Origin: Cyanobacteriota bacterium
GTDB lineage: Bacteria; Cyanobacteriota; Cyanobacteriia; Cyanobacteriales; Nostocaceae
NCBI GenBank assembly: GCA_046045965.1
Contig: JBJOKS010000015.1
Span: forward strand, 1 to 64,000
Reading direction: 5' to 3'
Length of the DNA: 64,000 nucleotides
In this document: piece by piece, positions 22,840 to 32,723 of the stretch
How positions within the stretch are numbered: the stretch's first letter is position 1
How the letters are laid out: each line of letters opens with the position of its first letter
The notes under the pieces: generated by a model
Seen by the model: only the letters and a program-made list of their open reading frames with translations
Databases searched by the model: none
Told to the model about the DNA's origin: nothing
Made by a program: the position numbers and the translations under genes

Positions 22840-24195
22840 ATGAAAATATCAGTTATAAAAATTGACAGTTTAAAAATTCACGAACATCATCTAGAAATTA
22901 TCTACAGTGCAGATAAATTTCAATTCTCAACTAAGATTTTCTATCATGATGTTTCTTTTTTTAGGTTGATGAAAAAATATTCTCAACCTTTTATCCAGCG
23001 CATAGTTTCCCATATCGCCTTATTTGAAGGCATGAAATTATGTTCTTTATTTCCTGAATATTATGATATTTCTGTCATTGCTGAATATTTAGAACCTGCG
23101 GTTTTAGACTTGTTTGTGCAAATATATCAAGGTGTATTTGGACAACATTGGTATGAAAATAATATTACCAATTATCAACAACCAGAAATTATCACTTCTC
23201 AAAAATTAGGAATAAGTCAACCTGCGGAGATTTTAGGAGATAATCAAACTATTCTCGCTGGTTGTGGTGGTGGGAAAGATAGCATTTTAGCTATGAAAAT
23301 GTTAGAAGAAGCAGGTATTCCTTTTGCTTCTATGCAGTATTCCCATAGTGTTTACGGAAAAGCAGATTTTCAACATCATTTAATTTCCCAAGTTTTAGAA
23401 TGTGTCAACCCAACTTTCAAACATCAAATATCTATTTATGATGATTTTACAGAATTTCCATTTTTGAAATTATATTTTCCTGAGAATTCCGGTATCACTG
23501 CACCAGAAACACCAGTTTCTATTTTTGAATCTTTGATTTTAATGTTAGATAAGGGATATAAATATCTCTGTTTAGCACATGAAAAAAGTGCAAATACTGG
23601 TAATTTATTTTGGGATGAGATAGATAAAGAAGTTAATCATCAATGGGGTAAAGGTTTAGCAGCAGAACAGATTTTAGATCAATTTATTCGAGAACATCTG
23701 TTAACCAACTTTAAATACTTCAGTATTTTACAACCAATTTATGATTATCGCATCTTTCAAAACTTTAGTAAATACCCTGAATTTATCCCTAAAATACATT
23801 CTTGTAATGTGCAGAAACCTTGGTGTAAGAAATGTCCTAAATGTGCCTATGTTTGGTTGGGTTTAATGGCATTTTCTCAACAAAGTATTGTTAATGAAGT
23901 TTTTCAAAACAACTTATTCGATGATGTAGACTTACTTCCTACGTTCCGCGAAATGGTAGGTTTAGGTGAACATACACCATTTGAATGTATTGGAGAAATT
24001 GAAGAAAGTCGGTTGTATATGAAAAGATGTGTAGAAAGAGGTTTAACAGGTAAAGCTGTAGATATGTTTACTGAAGAAATTTTATCAGACAAGAGAATTA
24101 ATTGGCAGGAAATAGAAAAGAAATATAATTCTGTTTGTAGCACAGAACACGCTATTCCTGATTGGATATTTGAGAAAATTCAGGAACAGTTGTAA
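22840..24195 (+). CDS. MurL-like PP-loop protein (UDP-MurNAc-L-Ala-L-Glu epimerase family)
   Basis: GGGKDS, HEKSA, EVNHQWGKG, HSCN, WCKKCPKC and PFECIGE occur in the same order as in MurL. Confidence 0.7.
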   Translation: MKISVIKIDSLKIHEHHLEIIYSADKFQFSTKIFYHDVSFFRLMKKYSQPFIQRIVSHIALFEGMKLCSLFPEYYDISVIAEYLEPAVLDLFVQIYQGVFGQHWYENNITNYQQPEIITSQKLGISQPAEILGDNQTILAGCGGGKDSILAMKMLEEAGIPFASMQYSHSVYGKADFQHHLISQVLECVNPTFKHQISIYDDFTEFPFLKLYFPENSGITAPETPVSIFESLILMLDKGYKYLCLAHEKSANTGNLFWDEIDKEVNHQWGKGLAAEQILDQFIREHLLTNFKYFSILQPIYDYRIFQNFSKYPEFIPKIHSCNVQKPWCKKCPKCAYVWLGLMAFSQQSIVNEVFQNNLFDDVDLLPTFREMVGLGEHTPFECIGEIEESRLYMKRCVERGLTGKAVDMFTEEILSDKRINWQEIEKKYNSVCSTEHAIPDWIFEKIQEQL

Positions 24196-24332
24196 TTGAC
24201 AAGATTGGCCTATGCTAATTCTTTTTTGTTGATATAATAAAATTGCTAGTTCAGTTTTAAGCATATACAGCAGATTGCAAATCCATGAGGTACAAACTGA
24301 CTCACCAAAACTCAAGCAGTAAGGGTATTTTA

Positions 24333-24361
24333 CCTCCTGCCTCCTGCCTCCTGCCTTCTGC
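24333..24361. repeat. Short (CCTCCTG)n STRR
   Basis: About 4 copies, the last imperfect. Confidence 0.8.
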
Positions 24362-24375
24362 TATAACTATAAAGG

Positions 24376-24711
24376 ATGATCTCAGCAATGAATAAATCAC
24401 AGGTTGATCTCATATTACAACAAGTTAAACAAGCTTTGCAAAATCTTTATCAAGATCAATTATCAGCAATTATACTATATGGTTCTCAAGCGAGAGAAGA
24501 AGCTAAAGAATTTTCTGATATTGATATTTTGGTAGTTCTCAAATCAGAAATTAACCCCTATCACGAAATTGATAGAACCAGTCAGATAATATCTGAAATT
24601 TGTCTAAATCATGATGTGGTTATTTCCCGTCATTTTATATCTTCTGCAAAATTTGAAAATGAAAATACTCCCTTTAATTACAATGTCAAAAAAGAGGGTA
24701 TTTTCCTATGA
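24376..24711 (+). CDS. Minimal nucleotidyltransferase (MNT) antitoxin
   Basis: LYGSQAR...SDIDILVV motif; ATGA overlap with the HEPN gene. Confidence 0.9.
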   Translation: MISAMNKSQVDLILQQVKQALQNLYQDQLSAIILYGSQAREEAKEFSDIDILVVLKSEINPYHEIDRTSQIISEICLNHDVVISRHFISSAKFENENTPFNYNVKKEGIFL

Positions 24712-25085
24712 ACTCGGAACAACATAAATTTATTAAAAAAGCTAAAGAAAGTTTACTAGCATCTGAGATTTTAGCAGAAAATAAATTATATAACTTTGCG
24801 GCTTCCAGAGCGTATTATACCATGTTTTATATTGCCGAAGCCTTTTTGTGGCAGCAAGGGTTTACTTTTTCTAGTCATGCTGCTGTAATTTCATGTTTTG
24901 GTAGAGAAGTTGCTAAAAAGGGAATTGTTCCGCTGGAATTTCACCGTTATTTGATTGATGCACAAGATAAAAGGACTCAAGGAGATTATAGTATTGATGA
25001 TACCGTTAATTTAAGTGAGGAAGATGTGATAATTTTGATTGAACAAAGCAAAAAATTTATTGAAATTGCCGAGAAAAATTTATAA
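24708..25085 (+). CDS. HEPN-domain protein (MNT-HEPN pair)
   Basis: AASRAYYTMFY, SSHAAVI, KRTQGDY. Confidence 0.88.
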   Translation: MNSEQHKFIKKAKESLLASEILAENKLYNFAASRAYYTMFYIAEAFLWQQGFTFSSHAAVISCFGREVAKKGIVPLEFHRYLIDAQDKRTQGDYSIDDTVNLSEEDVIILIEQSKKFIEIAEKNL

Positions 25086-25106
25086 GTGTGAATAATCATA
25101 ATAAAA

Positions 25107-26633
25107 TTAGAATTCTTTAGATTTTAACCACTCCCTCACTACATCTTCCACTAGTTGAGATTGATTATCTACTTGATAATTCATCTTTTGTATTTCCGTT
25201 GTAGAAATTTTCCCTCCTAATTGATTAATAGTATCTCTTAATTTTGGATATTTTTCTAATATTTCCTGATTAAAAACAGGTACAGCTTCATAAGGTGGAA
25301 AATATTTTTTATCATCTTCTAACATCACAAAATTTAAAACTTGAATTAAACCATCTGTAGAATTTGTAGCTATGAAATCAACTTGTTTTTCCTTTAATGC
25401 TTGATACATCACCCCTAATTCCATTTGTTTAATATTAGCAAACTTTAAACCATAAGTTTTTGAGAAACCAGGATAACCGTCAGCACGTTCTAAAAATTCA
25501 TAACCAAATCCTGCTTTCATCTGTTGACTATATTTACCAAGTTCTGAAAGTGTTTTAATTTGCCATTTTTTGGCATCTTCACTACGAATAAGCATAGCAT
25601 AGGTATTTTCAAAGCCTAAAGGCTGCATGACTGTTAAATTATATTTTTCTTGATATGCTTTTTTAGTTCTTTCATAAACAACTTGCGGATCTGTAATGGT
25701 TTTTTCTTTTAAAACTGCTGCAAATGCAGTACCTGTATATTCTACATAACCCGCTATTTTCCCAGCTTTCACTGCTTCATGGGCAATAAATGTTCCACCT
25801 AAATTAAACTTTCTGTCTACTTTTAAATTAGTATTATTTTCTATTGTTTGTGCTAATATTTCTCCTAAAATTACTTGTTCGGTGAAATTTTTTGAACCAA
25901 TAGTAATTGTGGCTGGTGTTTGCTGAGAGTTAAATGCTATTAATCCGGCTATAATTAAACAAATTATTCCTAAAATGACACCTATGCGCTGATTAAATTT
26001 ACTTTTCTTTTCTGTTTTTTTGGTCAGATTTTTTTCTAAAAAACCTAATCCAAAATCTGCACTCAAAGCGATAAAAGCAGCGGGTACTGCACCTGCTAAA
26101 ATCAATTCATTATTAACTGTAGAAATTCCCCGAAAAATAAATACTCCTAAACCACCACCACCAATAGCAGCAGCAATTGTGGCAATTCCTACAGATATAA
26201 CAGTTGCTACTCTCACACCTGCTAAAATAACTGGTAAAGCCAGAGGAATTTCTACTTGTAATAATAATTGTTGATCTGTCATTCCCATTCCTACACCAGC
26301 TTCTTTAATGGCGGGATTAATGCTATTAATACCAATGTAAGTATTACGAATGATGGGTAATAAAGCATAAAGTGTTAAAGCAACAATAGCTGGATTTTTA
26401 CCAATTCCTCCCAAGAAAGGGACAGAAATTAAAAAACCAAAGATGGCTAAACTAGGGATAGTTTGGATAGCATTTGCTAAACCCAAAATAGGAGGTGCTA
26501 GTTTTTGTTGACGAGTAATAAAAATACCGACAGGTATACCAATAGAAATAGCCACTATCATGGCTATAGCCACTAATATTAAATGTTCGCCACTGCGAAG
26601 GAGAATTTCTGAAGCATATTGAAATAAAAACAT
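25107..26633 (-). CDS. Quaternary-amine/osmoprotectant ABC transporter, fused permease + substrate-binding domain
   Basis: QTIPSLA, EAGVGMGMT, IGSKNFTEQ, EYTGT, FENTY, LEDDKKYFPPY. Confidence 0.9.
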   Translation of the reverse strand: MFLFQYASEILLRSGEHLILVAIAMIVAISIGIPVGIFITRQQKLAPPILGLANAIQTIPSLAIFGFLISVPFLGGIGKNPAIVALTLYALLPIIRNTYIGINSINPAIKEAGVGMGMTDQQLLLQVEIPLALPVILAGVRVATVISVGIATIAAAIGGGGLGVFIFRGISTVNNELILAGAVPAAFIALSADFGLGFLEKNLTKKTEKKSKFNQRIGVILGIICLIIAGLIAFNSQQTPATITIGSKNFTEQVILGEILAQTIENNTNLKVDRKFNLGGTFIAHEAVKAGKIAGYVEYTGTAFAAVLKEKTITDPQVVYERTKKAYQEKYNLTVMQPLGFENTYAMLIRSEDAKKWQIKTLSELGKYSQQMKAGFGYEFLERADGYPGFSKTYGLKFANIKQMELGVMYQALKEKQVDFIATNSTDGLIQVLNFVMLEDDKKYFPPYEAVPVFNQEILEKYPKLRDTINQLGGKISTTEIQKMNYQVDNQSQLVEDVVREWLKSKEF

Positions 26634-26657
26634 GATATTTTATAAAGATAATTGATT

Positions 26658-27425
26658 TTAATTAAGTTGTTCCCAATTATTGGCAGTGTTTAAACAAGCC
26701 AAAAAAGCCTGTGCTTCTGGATGTTGAGATTGGATAAATTCTCTTCTCGTTCCTAAAGTTACTAAATTTCCTGCATACATTAAACCAATTCTTGAGGCTA
26801 AAAAGAAAGCTTCTTGAATATCATGGGTGACAAATATCACGGTTTTTCCTAGTTGTCTTTGCAAATATTGAAATTGTTGTTGTAATTCTAAACGAGTAAT
26901 AGGGTCAAGTGCGCCAAAAGGTTCATCCATTAATAGTATAGGTGGATCTGCCGCTAAAGCTCTCGCAACTCCCACTCTTTGACGCTGACCTCCTGATAGT
27001 TGATGAGGATAACGTTGAGCAAATTGTTTGGGTTCTAGTCCAACTAAGTCTAACATTTCATGGACTCGCGCTTCAATTTTCTGTGCTGGCCATTTTTCTA
27101 AAGATGGTACAAGTCCGACGTTTTCACCAACTGTAAAATGAGGAAATAAGCCTGTTTCTTGGATGACATAACCTATTCTTCTTCTGAGTTTAATAGCATT
27201 CCAGTTAGTTGTGGGACGAGAACTTACTAAAACCTGTCCTTGGGTGGGTACAAGTAAATGATTGATTAATTTTAAAGTTGTCGTTTTTCCACTACCACTG
27301 CGCCCTAATAAAACTATAGCTTCTCCTTGGTAAATGCTAAGATTTAAATTAGATAATAGAGAACGATGATTAATTTCAAAACTGACATCCCGAAACTCAA
27401 CTGCTATTTCTGATGTTGGAGACAT
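26658..27425 (-). CDS. ABC transporter ATP-binding subunit (OpuCA/ProV-like)
   Basis: GRSGSGKTT, LSGGQRQR, LMDEPFGALDPITR. Confidence 0.92.
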   Translation of the reverse strand: MSPTSEIAVEFRDVSFEINHRSLLSNLNLSIYQGEAIVLLGRSGSGKTTTLKLINHLLVPTQGQVLVSSRPTTNWNAIKLRRRIGYVIQETGLFPHFTVGENVGLVPSLEKWPAQKIEARVHEMLDLVGLEPKQFAQRYPHQLSGGQRQRVGVARALAADPPILLMDEPFGALDPITRLELQQQFQYLQRQLGKTVIFVTHDIQEAFFLASRIGLMYAGNLVTLGTRREFIQSQHPEAQAFLACLNTANNWEQLN

Positions 27426-27580
27426 GAGGGTTTAAATAAATTAAATCAAGATGGAATATGAATAAAACAATTATGGTCATTTTCCCATATTGATATAATT
27501 ATACATGAGTTTTTGAACATAAAAAACAGAGACGTTGCATCAAACGTCTCTACATAATTTTTGGGAAAGTCAAATATTTA

Positions 27581-27967
27581 TCAAAACTTGATGGTTGCAG
27601 CAGTAATAGCTAAAGCACCCCAACCAGCCATTAATGCTATTCCTCCTAATGGTGCAACTGCTCCCAAGGATTTAATACCTGTTAAACTGAGAGCATACAA
27701 GCTACCTGAGAAAATTACGACACCAATAATAAATAACCAACCACTAACTAAAAGTGTAGTAGGTGGAATTTCTAAACGACTCATGAGGATTGCTACTAAT
27801 AACAATGCCAAAGCATGATACATTTGATAACGTGCGCCAGTGTCAAAAATTTCTAGCATTCTTTCACTGACTTTTTCCCGCAAAGCATGAGCGCCAAAAG
27901 CACCACCAGCAACAGACAAACCGCCGAAAATAGCGGCTACAGTCAAAAAAATCTGCGTCATGATCAC
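27581..27967 (-). CDS. DUF423 membrane protein
   Basis: GAFGAH, YQMYHALAL, FSGSLY, APLGG. Confidence 0.9.
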   Translation of the reverse strand: MIMTQIFLTVAAIFGGLSVAGGAFGAHALREKVSERMLEIFDTGARYQMYHALALLLVAILMSRLEIPPTTLLVSGWLFIIGVVIFSGSLYALSLTGIKSLGAVAPLGGIALMAGWGALAITAATIKF

Positions 27968-27992
27968 CTAGCTGTAAATGGGCAAAATCACA

Positions 27993-28484
27993 CTAAACAT
28001 CAAAGTGATATGATACGCCTCCTTCTTCATTTACTTGAAAATTAGCATTAAATTCTTTAGCTTTTTGATCTAAATATTGTTTAGCTTCTGTTGCTGGTAA
28101 CTGTGACTGCATGGCAAAACTTAATAATGTGATTCTGCCATGATTGGCTTGTAACATTTGATAAAATTGTGATTGCAAATGCTCATTTTTTTGTGCTGTC
28201 AACGCTTTTGTATTCTGTCGGTTTTGCTTATACATTCCTAATGCTAACCATCCCCCTAATAGCATCGTAGGAACGCCAAACATTAGACCTTGGGCTGCTG
28301 TATTATCAAGTTGATATAGCGCCTCGTGATTAACAAAATCTTTGGCTAATGCTTCATCTGGTATACCTGCTAAGATTGGTTTGAGGGTAGTATTTTTTGC
28401 AATTACCGCTGTTACTGATGTCGTTAAAAACATGAATCCGAGTGTGAGTAGCCAGCCAGCAGCCAATTTTTCCGCCGTCTTCAT
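27993..28484 (-). CDS. Conserved hypothetical membrane protein
   Basis: Two hydrophobic helices; C-terminal AKQYLDQKAKEFNANFQVNEEGGVSYHF. Confidence 0.7.
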   Translation of the reverse strand: MKTAEKLAAGWLLTLGFMFLTTSVTAVIAKNTTLKPILAGIPDEALAKDFVNHEALYQLDNTAAQGLMFGVPTMLLGGWLALGMYKQNRQNTKALTAQKNEHLQSQFYQMLQANHGRITLLSFAMQSQLPATEAKQYLDQKAKEFNANFQVNEEGGVSYHFDV

Positions 28485-28592
28485 AGTTTTACTTCAGAGT
28501 TAGACTTTGCTTGCGATTTTAACCTTACTTGCTGCCAACTTCCACTAATATTGGAAATTCTTACTTCAGCTATAAATTTTGTTGGCTTACAC

Positions 28593-28718
28593 ACCCGCTC
28601 AGAACTTAAATTTCGGTCTAATAGCCAAAGTAAACTAAAGTTTAGTAAATAATTTTTGGTTATTTAATCATCTTTAGATGACTTTAGCTATTAGCAGGAA
28701 AATTAATTTCCTTGGGGT
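28593..28718. repeat. Degenerate MITE-like inverted-repeat element
   Basis: CTAATAGCCAAAGT (28618-28631) versus ACTTTAGCTATTAG (28681-28694): inverted, one mismatch. Internal palindrome TCATCTTTAGATGA. Confidence 0.5.
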
Positions 28719-28722
28719 TCTC

Positions 28723-29406
28723 TTACCTTGTAGCTTCTAACAAGCGGGAAAAATAGAAGCGGGTTCTAGTCATGGCTTTTCTCTGCACTTTAAAGCCATT
28801 TTTTTCGAGGATTTTTACCACATCAGCTTCACGGTGTAAATAGGCACGAGTGGCTTTGCTGGGTCCGGGAAAGAAACTACCAATTTTCTTGAGGATAGTA
28901 AGAAAGCAGGTTTTAGGCGCAAAACTGATAATCATGCGTGATTGTGCCAAAGAACACAAGTGAGAAATCATCTCATCTGCTTTGTCTTGGGGATAGTGAA
29001 TCAGCACATCTAAACAGATAACGGTGTGATAATTACCACCTAAAGATTCTAGGTCTTGCACCGCGAAAGTAGGATTGACAGAATTGGAAAAAGCTTTTAC
29101 AGCCCTATCTTGAGCTTCTGATACCATTTTAGCAGAAATATCACTGGCGTAAACCTTAGCACCTTCCACCGCCAGAGGAATACTTAAACTACCCACACCA
29201 CACCCAGCATCGCAAATAGATAACTCTGATAAATTGTTATCATCTTTTAACCAGCCGATGACGGTATCTACGGTTTGTTGATGTCCAGTGCGGATATCTA
29301 GCTGAACCTTGTTGACTTCACCATCTCCATAGATGCGTTGCCAGCGGTCAAAACCTGTAGAATTAAAGTATTCGCGGACTATTGTTTTATCGTCGGCTGC
29401 GTTCAT
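28723..29406 (-). CDS. chlM: Magnesium protoporphyrin IX methyltransferase
   Basis: YFNSTGFDRW, CDAGCGVG, CLDVLIHYP, FPGPSKATRAY. Confidence 0.97.
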   Translation of the reverse strand: MNAADDKTIVREYFNSTGFDRWQRIYGDGEVNKVQLDIRTGHQQTVDTVIGWLKDDNNLSELSICDAGCGVGSLSIPLAVEGAKVYASDISAKMVSEAQDRAVKAFSNSVNPTFAVQDLESLGGNYHTVICLDVLIHYPQDKADEMISHLCSLAQSRMIISFAPKTCFLTILKKIGSFFPGPSKATRAYLHREADVVKILEKNGFKVQRKAMTRTRFYFSRLLEATR

Positions 29407-29583
29407 AACCTTGAATTTTGAAAGTTCACAATTCTTAAAATTATAATCACATTATGTAATCATTCAGGAGTCAGTAGAGGTAAAGCGCATTGCTAAAACC
29501 GTACAAGAGTCAGAACAATTGTAAAGTCAGGAATTAACAAATTTGAGATTTTATATAAAAAATCAAATATGCTGCTCAAAGTT

Positions 29584-30414
29584 TTATTCCATTTGCAAAG
29601 TAATTATAGTTACTTCTGGAGGACAAAATAAACGTCCTGGTAAATAACTACCTAAGCCGCGATTGACATATAGTTGATTTTTTCCTATGTGATGTAAACC
29701 CTGTGACCATTCCCAATTAGCAATTATAGACTTATTCTCTCGGAAGAATGGAAGAAACCTTTGCAGTTTTTTAGGCAATTTTCGAGCTATTTTTTGGTAA
29801 ATCATTAATGCTGGACCCACACCAGGAATAACGATTTGTCCCCCATGAGTATGACCAGATAATTGCAAATCTACGCGCCATTTTCGCAATATTTCTGCTG
29901 TGTCTGGATTATGGGATAAAACTATGCGAGGTGTGGTAGAATCTAGCTGGTTCATAATTGGTGCGGGATTAAATTCTTTTGAGTAAAAATCTGCTAATCC
30001 TACAATTGGTAATTCTTTTCCTAGTGGATAGGAAATTTGATTCCAGAGAACATGAATACCTATATTTGTGAAAGTGTCTGTAACTTCAGATTGGGAGGTT
30101 CTATAATATAAATCATGGTTTCCCAGTACGGCATAAATACCATGACGACTTTGCAAATTTTTGAGGTATTTTACCAGTTGATGAAGGGGTGCTGTGCTGG
30201 TGGTGATGTAGTCGCCGGTTAATAAAATTAAGTCTGGTTGTGCTTGGTTCGTAATTGCGATCGCTCTTGCTAACATTTTATCTGATAATTGCACACCATC
30301 ATAGTGAAAATCTGACATTTGCACCAGTTTTTTACCTTGTAATGATGCAGGTAAACCCGCAATTTTTACCGTTATTTTCTCTGTTTTCAACGGTCCAGAT
30401 AATAATCTGTGCAT
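29584..30414 (-). CDS. Calcineurin-like metallophosphoesterase (YkuE-like)
   Basis: SDFH, TGD, GNHD, SHNPD, SGHTHGGQ. Confidence 0.92.
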   Translation of the reverse strand: MHRLLSGPLKTEKITVKIAGLPASLQGKKLVQMSDFHYDGVQLSDKMLARAIAITNQAQPDLILLTGDYITTSTAPLHQLVKYLKNLQSRHGIYAVLGNHDLYYRTSQSEVTDTFTNIGIHVLWNQISYPLGKELPIVGLADFYSKEFNPAPIMNQLDSTTPRIVLSHNPDTAEILRKWRVDLQLSGHTHGGQIVIPGVGPALMIYQKIARKLPKKLQRFLPFFRENKSIIANWEWSQGLHHIGKNQLYVNRGLGSYLPGRLFCPPEVTIITLQME

Positions 30415-30674
30415 AAGATGTTTAATTATTTTGTATATTCTTATTTATAGGTTAACTGAAAACTTTCGAGTTGTTTGTAGGAAAAATATAACTTTTGGGA
30501 AGTTTTACAAAAGTTGGGGTTTTTTACGTATTTTCACTTAAATCGGCGTTAACTTTTGTTAAATTATTCATATAAGATTCTTGTATTAATTCACAGTAAC
30601 TTATTTAAAATATTGTATGAATATATTATACTGACTTACAGTGATAAGACTAGGCATAAATAAGAGGAAAAGCC

Positions 30675-31823
30675 ATGACTGAAGACACTTTTTTTGAGTC
30701 TCCCACAAAAAAGTCACAGATCAAGATTCAGATAGTCACTAAATACTTTCCTGCATGGGCAAAAATTATTGTTCCGCGAGCGAAGAAAAAGGGAATTAAA
30801 AAGGTTGGTTATATTGATCTGTTTTCTGGTCCAGGTTGCTACAAAGATGGTTCTAAATCCACACCCGTATTTATACTAGAGACTGCAATTAATGATCCTT
30901 ATCTGAGAGAGGATCTGAGAGAGATTTTAGTAACATTCTTTAACGATAAAAAATTAGAGTATTTTCAATCACTCCAAGAAACTATAAATAATATTCCTGG
31001 TATTAATAACTTGAGATACCAACCCAAAATTTATAACATGGAAGTTGGCGAAGAAATAACCCAGATATTTACACAAATTGTTTCTTTTCCCACATTATTT
31101 TTTATTGATCCTTATGGTTATAAAGGGTTATCCCTTGCTCTGATCAGTTCAGCAATAAAAGGTTGGGGATGTGATTGTATATTTTTCTTCAACTATAACC
31201 GTATTAATCAAGATTTGAATAATAAAAAAGTTTTGGAATATATAGATTCATTATTTGGTAAAGAACGTGCCAATCATTTGAGAGAAGAAGTCAAAAACAA
31301 GCAACCAGAAGAACGAGAATTAGCTATTACTGAGTCTATCAAGGATGCTTTAAAAGGTGTAGGTGGGTCATACATTCAAGAATTTTGTTTTGAAAAAGAT
31401 GATGCTGATCGTACCAGTCATTACATAATTTTTGTATCTAAGAACATAATAGGTCTTAATATTATAAAAGATATTATGGCTAAACTAAGTTCTTCTCGTC
31501 CTCAAGGTGTAGCATCTTTTGAATATATACCACCAAAAGATCGACAGCTTTCATTATTTGACTATGAAAATTCACGACCACTGGATGATTTAGAAAAGAT
31601 GCTGCTAGATGAATTTGCAGGTCAAACAATCAAAATGATAGATATTTGTAATCAGCATCATGTTGGTAAAAAATTCATTGGAAAGAATTATAAGGATGCT
31701 CTAAAAAGCCTAGAAAAACAAGGAGAAATCACAGTAAATCCACCTTTTGAGAAAAGACAGAAGAGAGGAGGAGAAGTTACATTTGGAGATGGAGTAATAG
31801 TAACTTTTCCACCGAAGCAATAA
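30675..31823 (+). CDS. Three-Cys-motif partner protein (TcmP-like; methyltransferase-like fold with C-terminal extension)
   Basis: KSQIKIQIVTKYFPAW, YIDLFSGPG, STP, FFIDPYGYKG; adjacent to DUF5131. Confidence 0.75.
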   Translation: MTEDTFFESPTKKSQIKIQIVTKYFPAWAKIIVPRAKKKGIKKVGYIDLFSGPGCYKDGSKSTPVFILETAINDPYLREDLREILVTFFNDKKLEYFQSLQETINNIPGINNLRYQPKIYNMEVGEEITQIFTQIVSFPTLFFIDPYGYKGLSLALISSAIKGWGCDCIFFFNYNRINQDLNNKKVLEYIDSLFGKERANHLREEVKNKQPEERELAITESIKDALKGVGGSYIQEFCFEKDDADRTSHYIIFVSKNIIGLNIIKDIMAKLSSSRPQGVASFEYIPPKDRQLSLFDYENSRPLDDLEKMLLDEFAGQTIKMIDICNQHHVGKKFIGKNYKDALKSLEKQGEITVNPPFEKRQKRGGEVTFGDGVIVTFPPKQ

Positions 31824-31836
31824 ATAAACATTTCGT

Positions 31837-32604
31837 TTAACTTGCTTTCTTTAATCTATTAAGATTTGGTATGGTTTTATTTCCCCATTTATGAAGATGT
31901 TTATCCCATGCTTGTGGCATTTCATCCCAGATTTCACCATCTAATAATCTACCAGCTGCTTTAGGATGTATTCCTCCCCATTGCTTAAAGAAAAATGCCA
32001 CATCAGATTTCTTTGCTTGCTGTTGAATATCCCGTACCCACTCAGCTTCAATAGGACGATATTTATGTCCAGATTCACCACCAACAATTACCCAATGAAT
32101 TCCTGTTAAGTCCAGTTTTAATGAACCTAATAATGGTTCACATGAGAGAAATCTTACTTTTGCTGGAACTTTTCGCAAGTAATCAACTCGATGAATGTAA
32201 TTTTGATTTTCAACAGATACACCCATCCAAATATTATCAGGCCAATTCAATTCAGGTGCTAATTCAAGTAACCTTTCGTGCCGTTTAGTAAGTATTTGAT
32301 ATATGTGCCAAGGTGTTTGATGGATGGTGTTAAAAACTTCTTGCAGAAAAGAAAGAGGCACATCTTTATGAAACAAATCACTCATCGAATTAACAAAAAT
32401 GCGGCTAGGTTTACGCCAGCGTAATGGTTCTTTTACTCTTTCTGGATGTAAAGTTAAAGTAAATCCATTAGGGAAATTATTCGAGAAACGTTTTGTGATT
32501 GCTTCTGCATAACAATGGGTACAACCTGGACTCACTTTGTCACAGCCTGTGGTTGGATTCCAGGTTTTGTCAGTCCATTCTATGCCTGTATTAATGCTGG
32601 ACAT
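31837..32604 (-). CDS. DUF5131 (phage Gp37/Gp68-like) protein with a CX6CX2C motif
   Basis: IEWTDKTWNPTTGCDKVSPGCTHCYA, FVNSMSDLFH, SCEPLLG, WVIVGGESG, FFKQWGG. Likely start is 32604. Confidence 0.88.
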   Translation of the reverse strand: MSSINTGIEWTDKTWNPTTGCDKVSPGCTHCYAEAITKRFSNNFPNGFTLTLHPERVKEPLRWRKPSRIFVNSMSDLFHKDVPLSFLQEVFNTIHQTPWHIYQILTKRHERLLELAPELNWPDNIWMGVSVENQNYIHRVDYLRKVPAKVRFLSCEPLLGSLKLDLTGIHWVIVGGESGHKYRPIEAEWVRDIQQQAKKSDVAFFFKQWGGIHPKAAGRLLDGEIWDEMPQAWDKHLHKWGNKTIPNLNRLKKAS

Positions 32605-32723
32605 ACGCTGATTTTGCTTCAAAAATACTTGCAGGTTATCAGCCAATGGTATCACAAAAGTTTCTCGAATTTAATATTAATGTACTAACACAACTTCCAA
32701 ACTAGGTTGATAAATTCTTCAAC

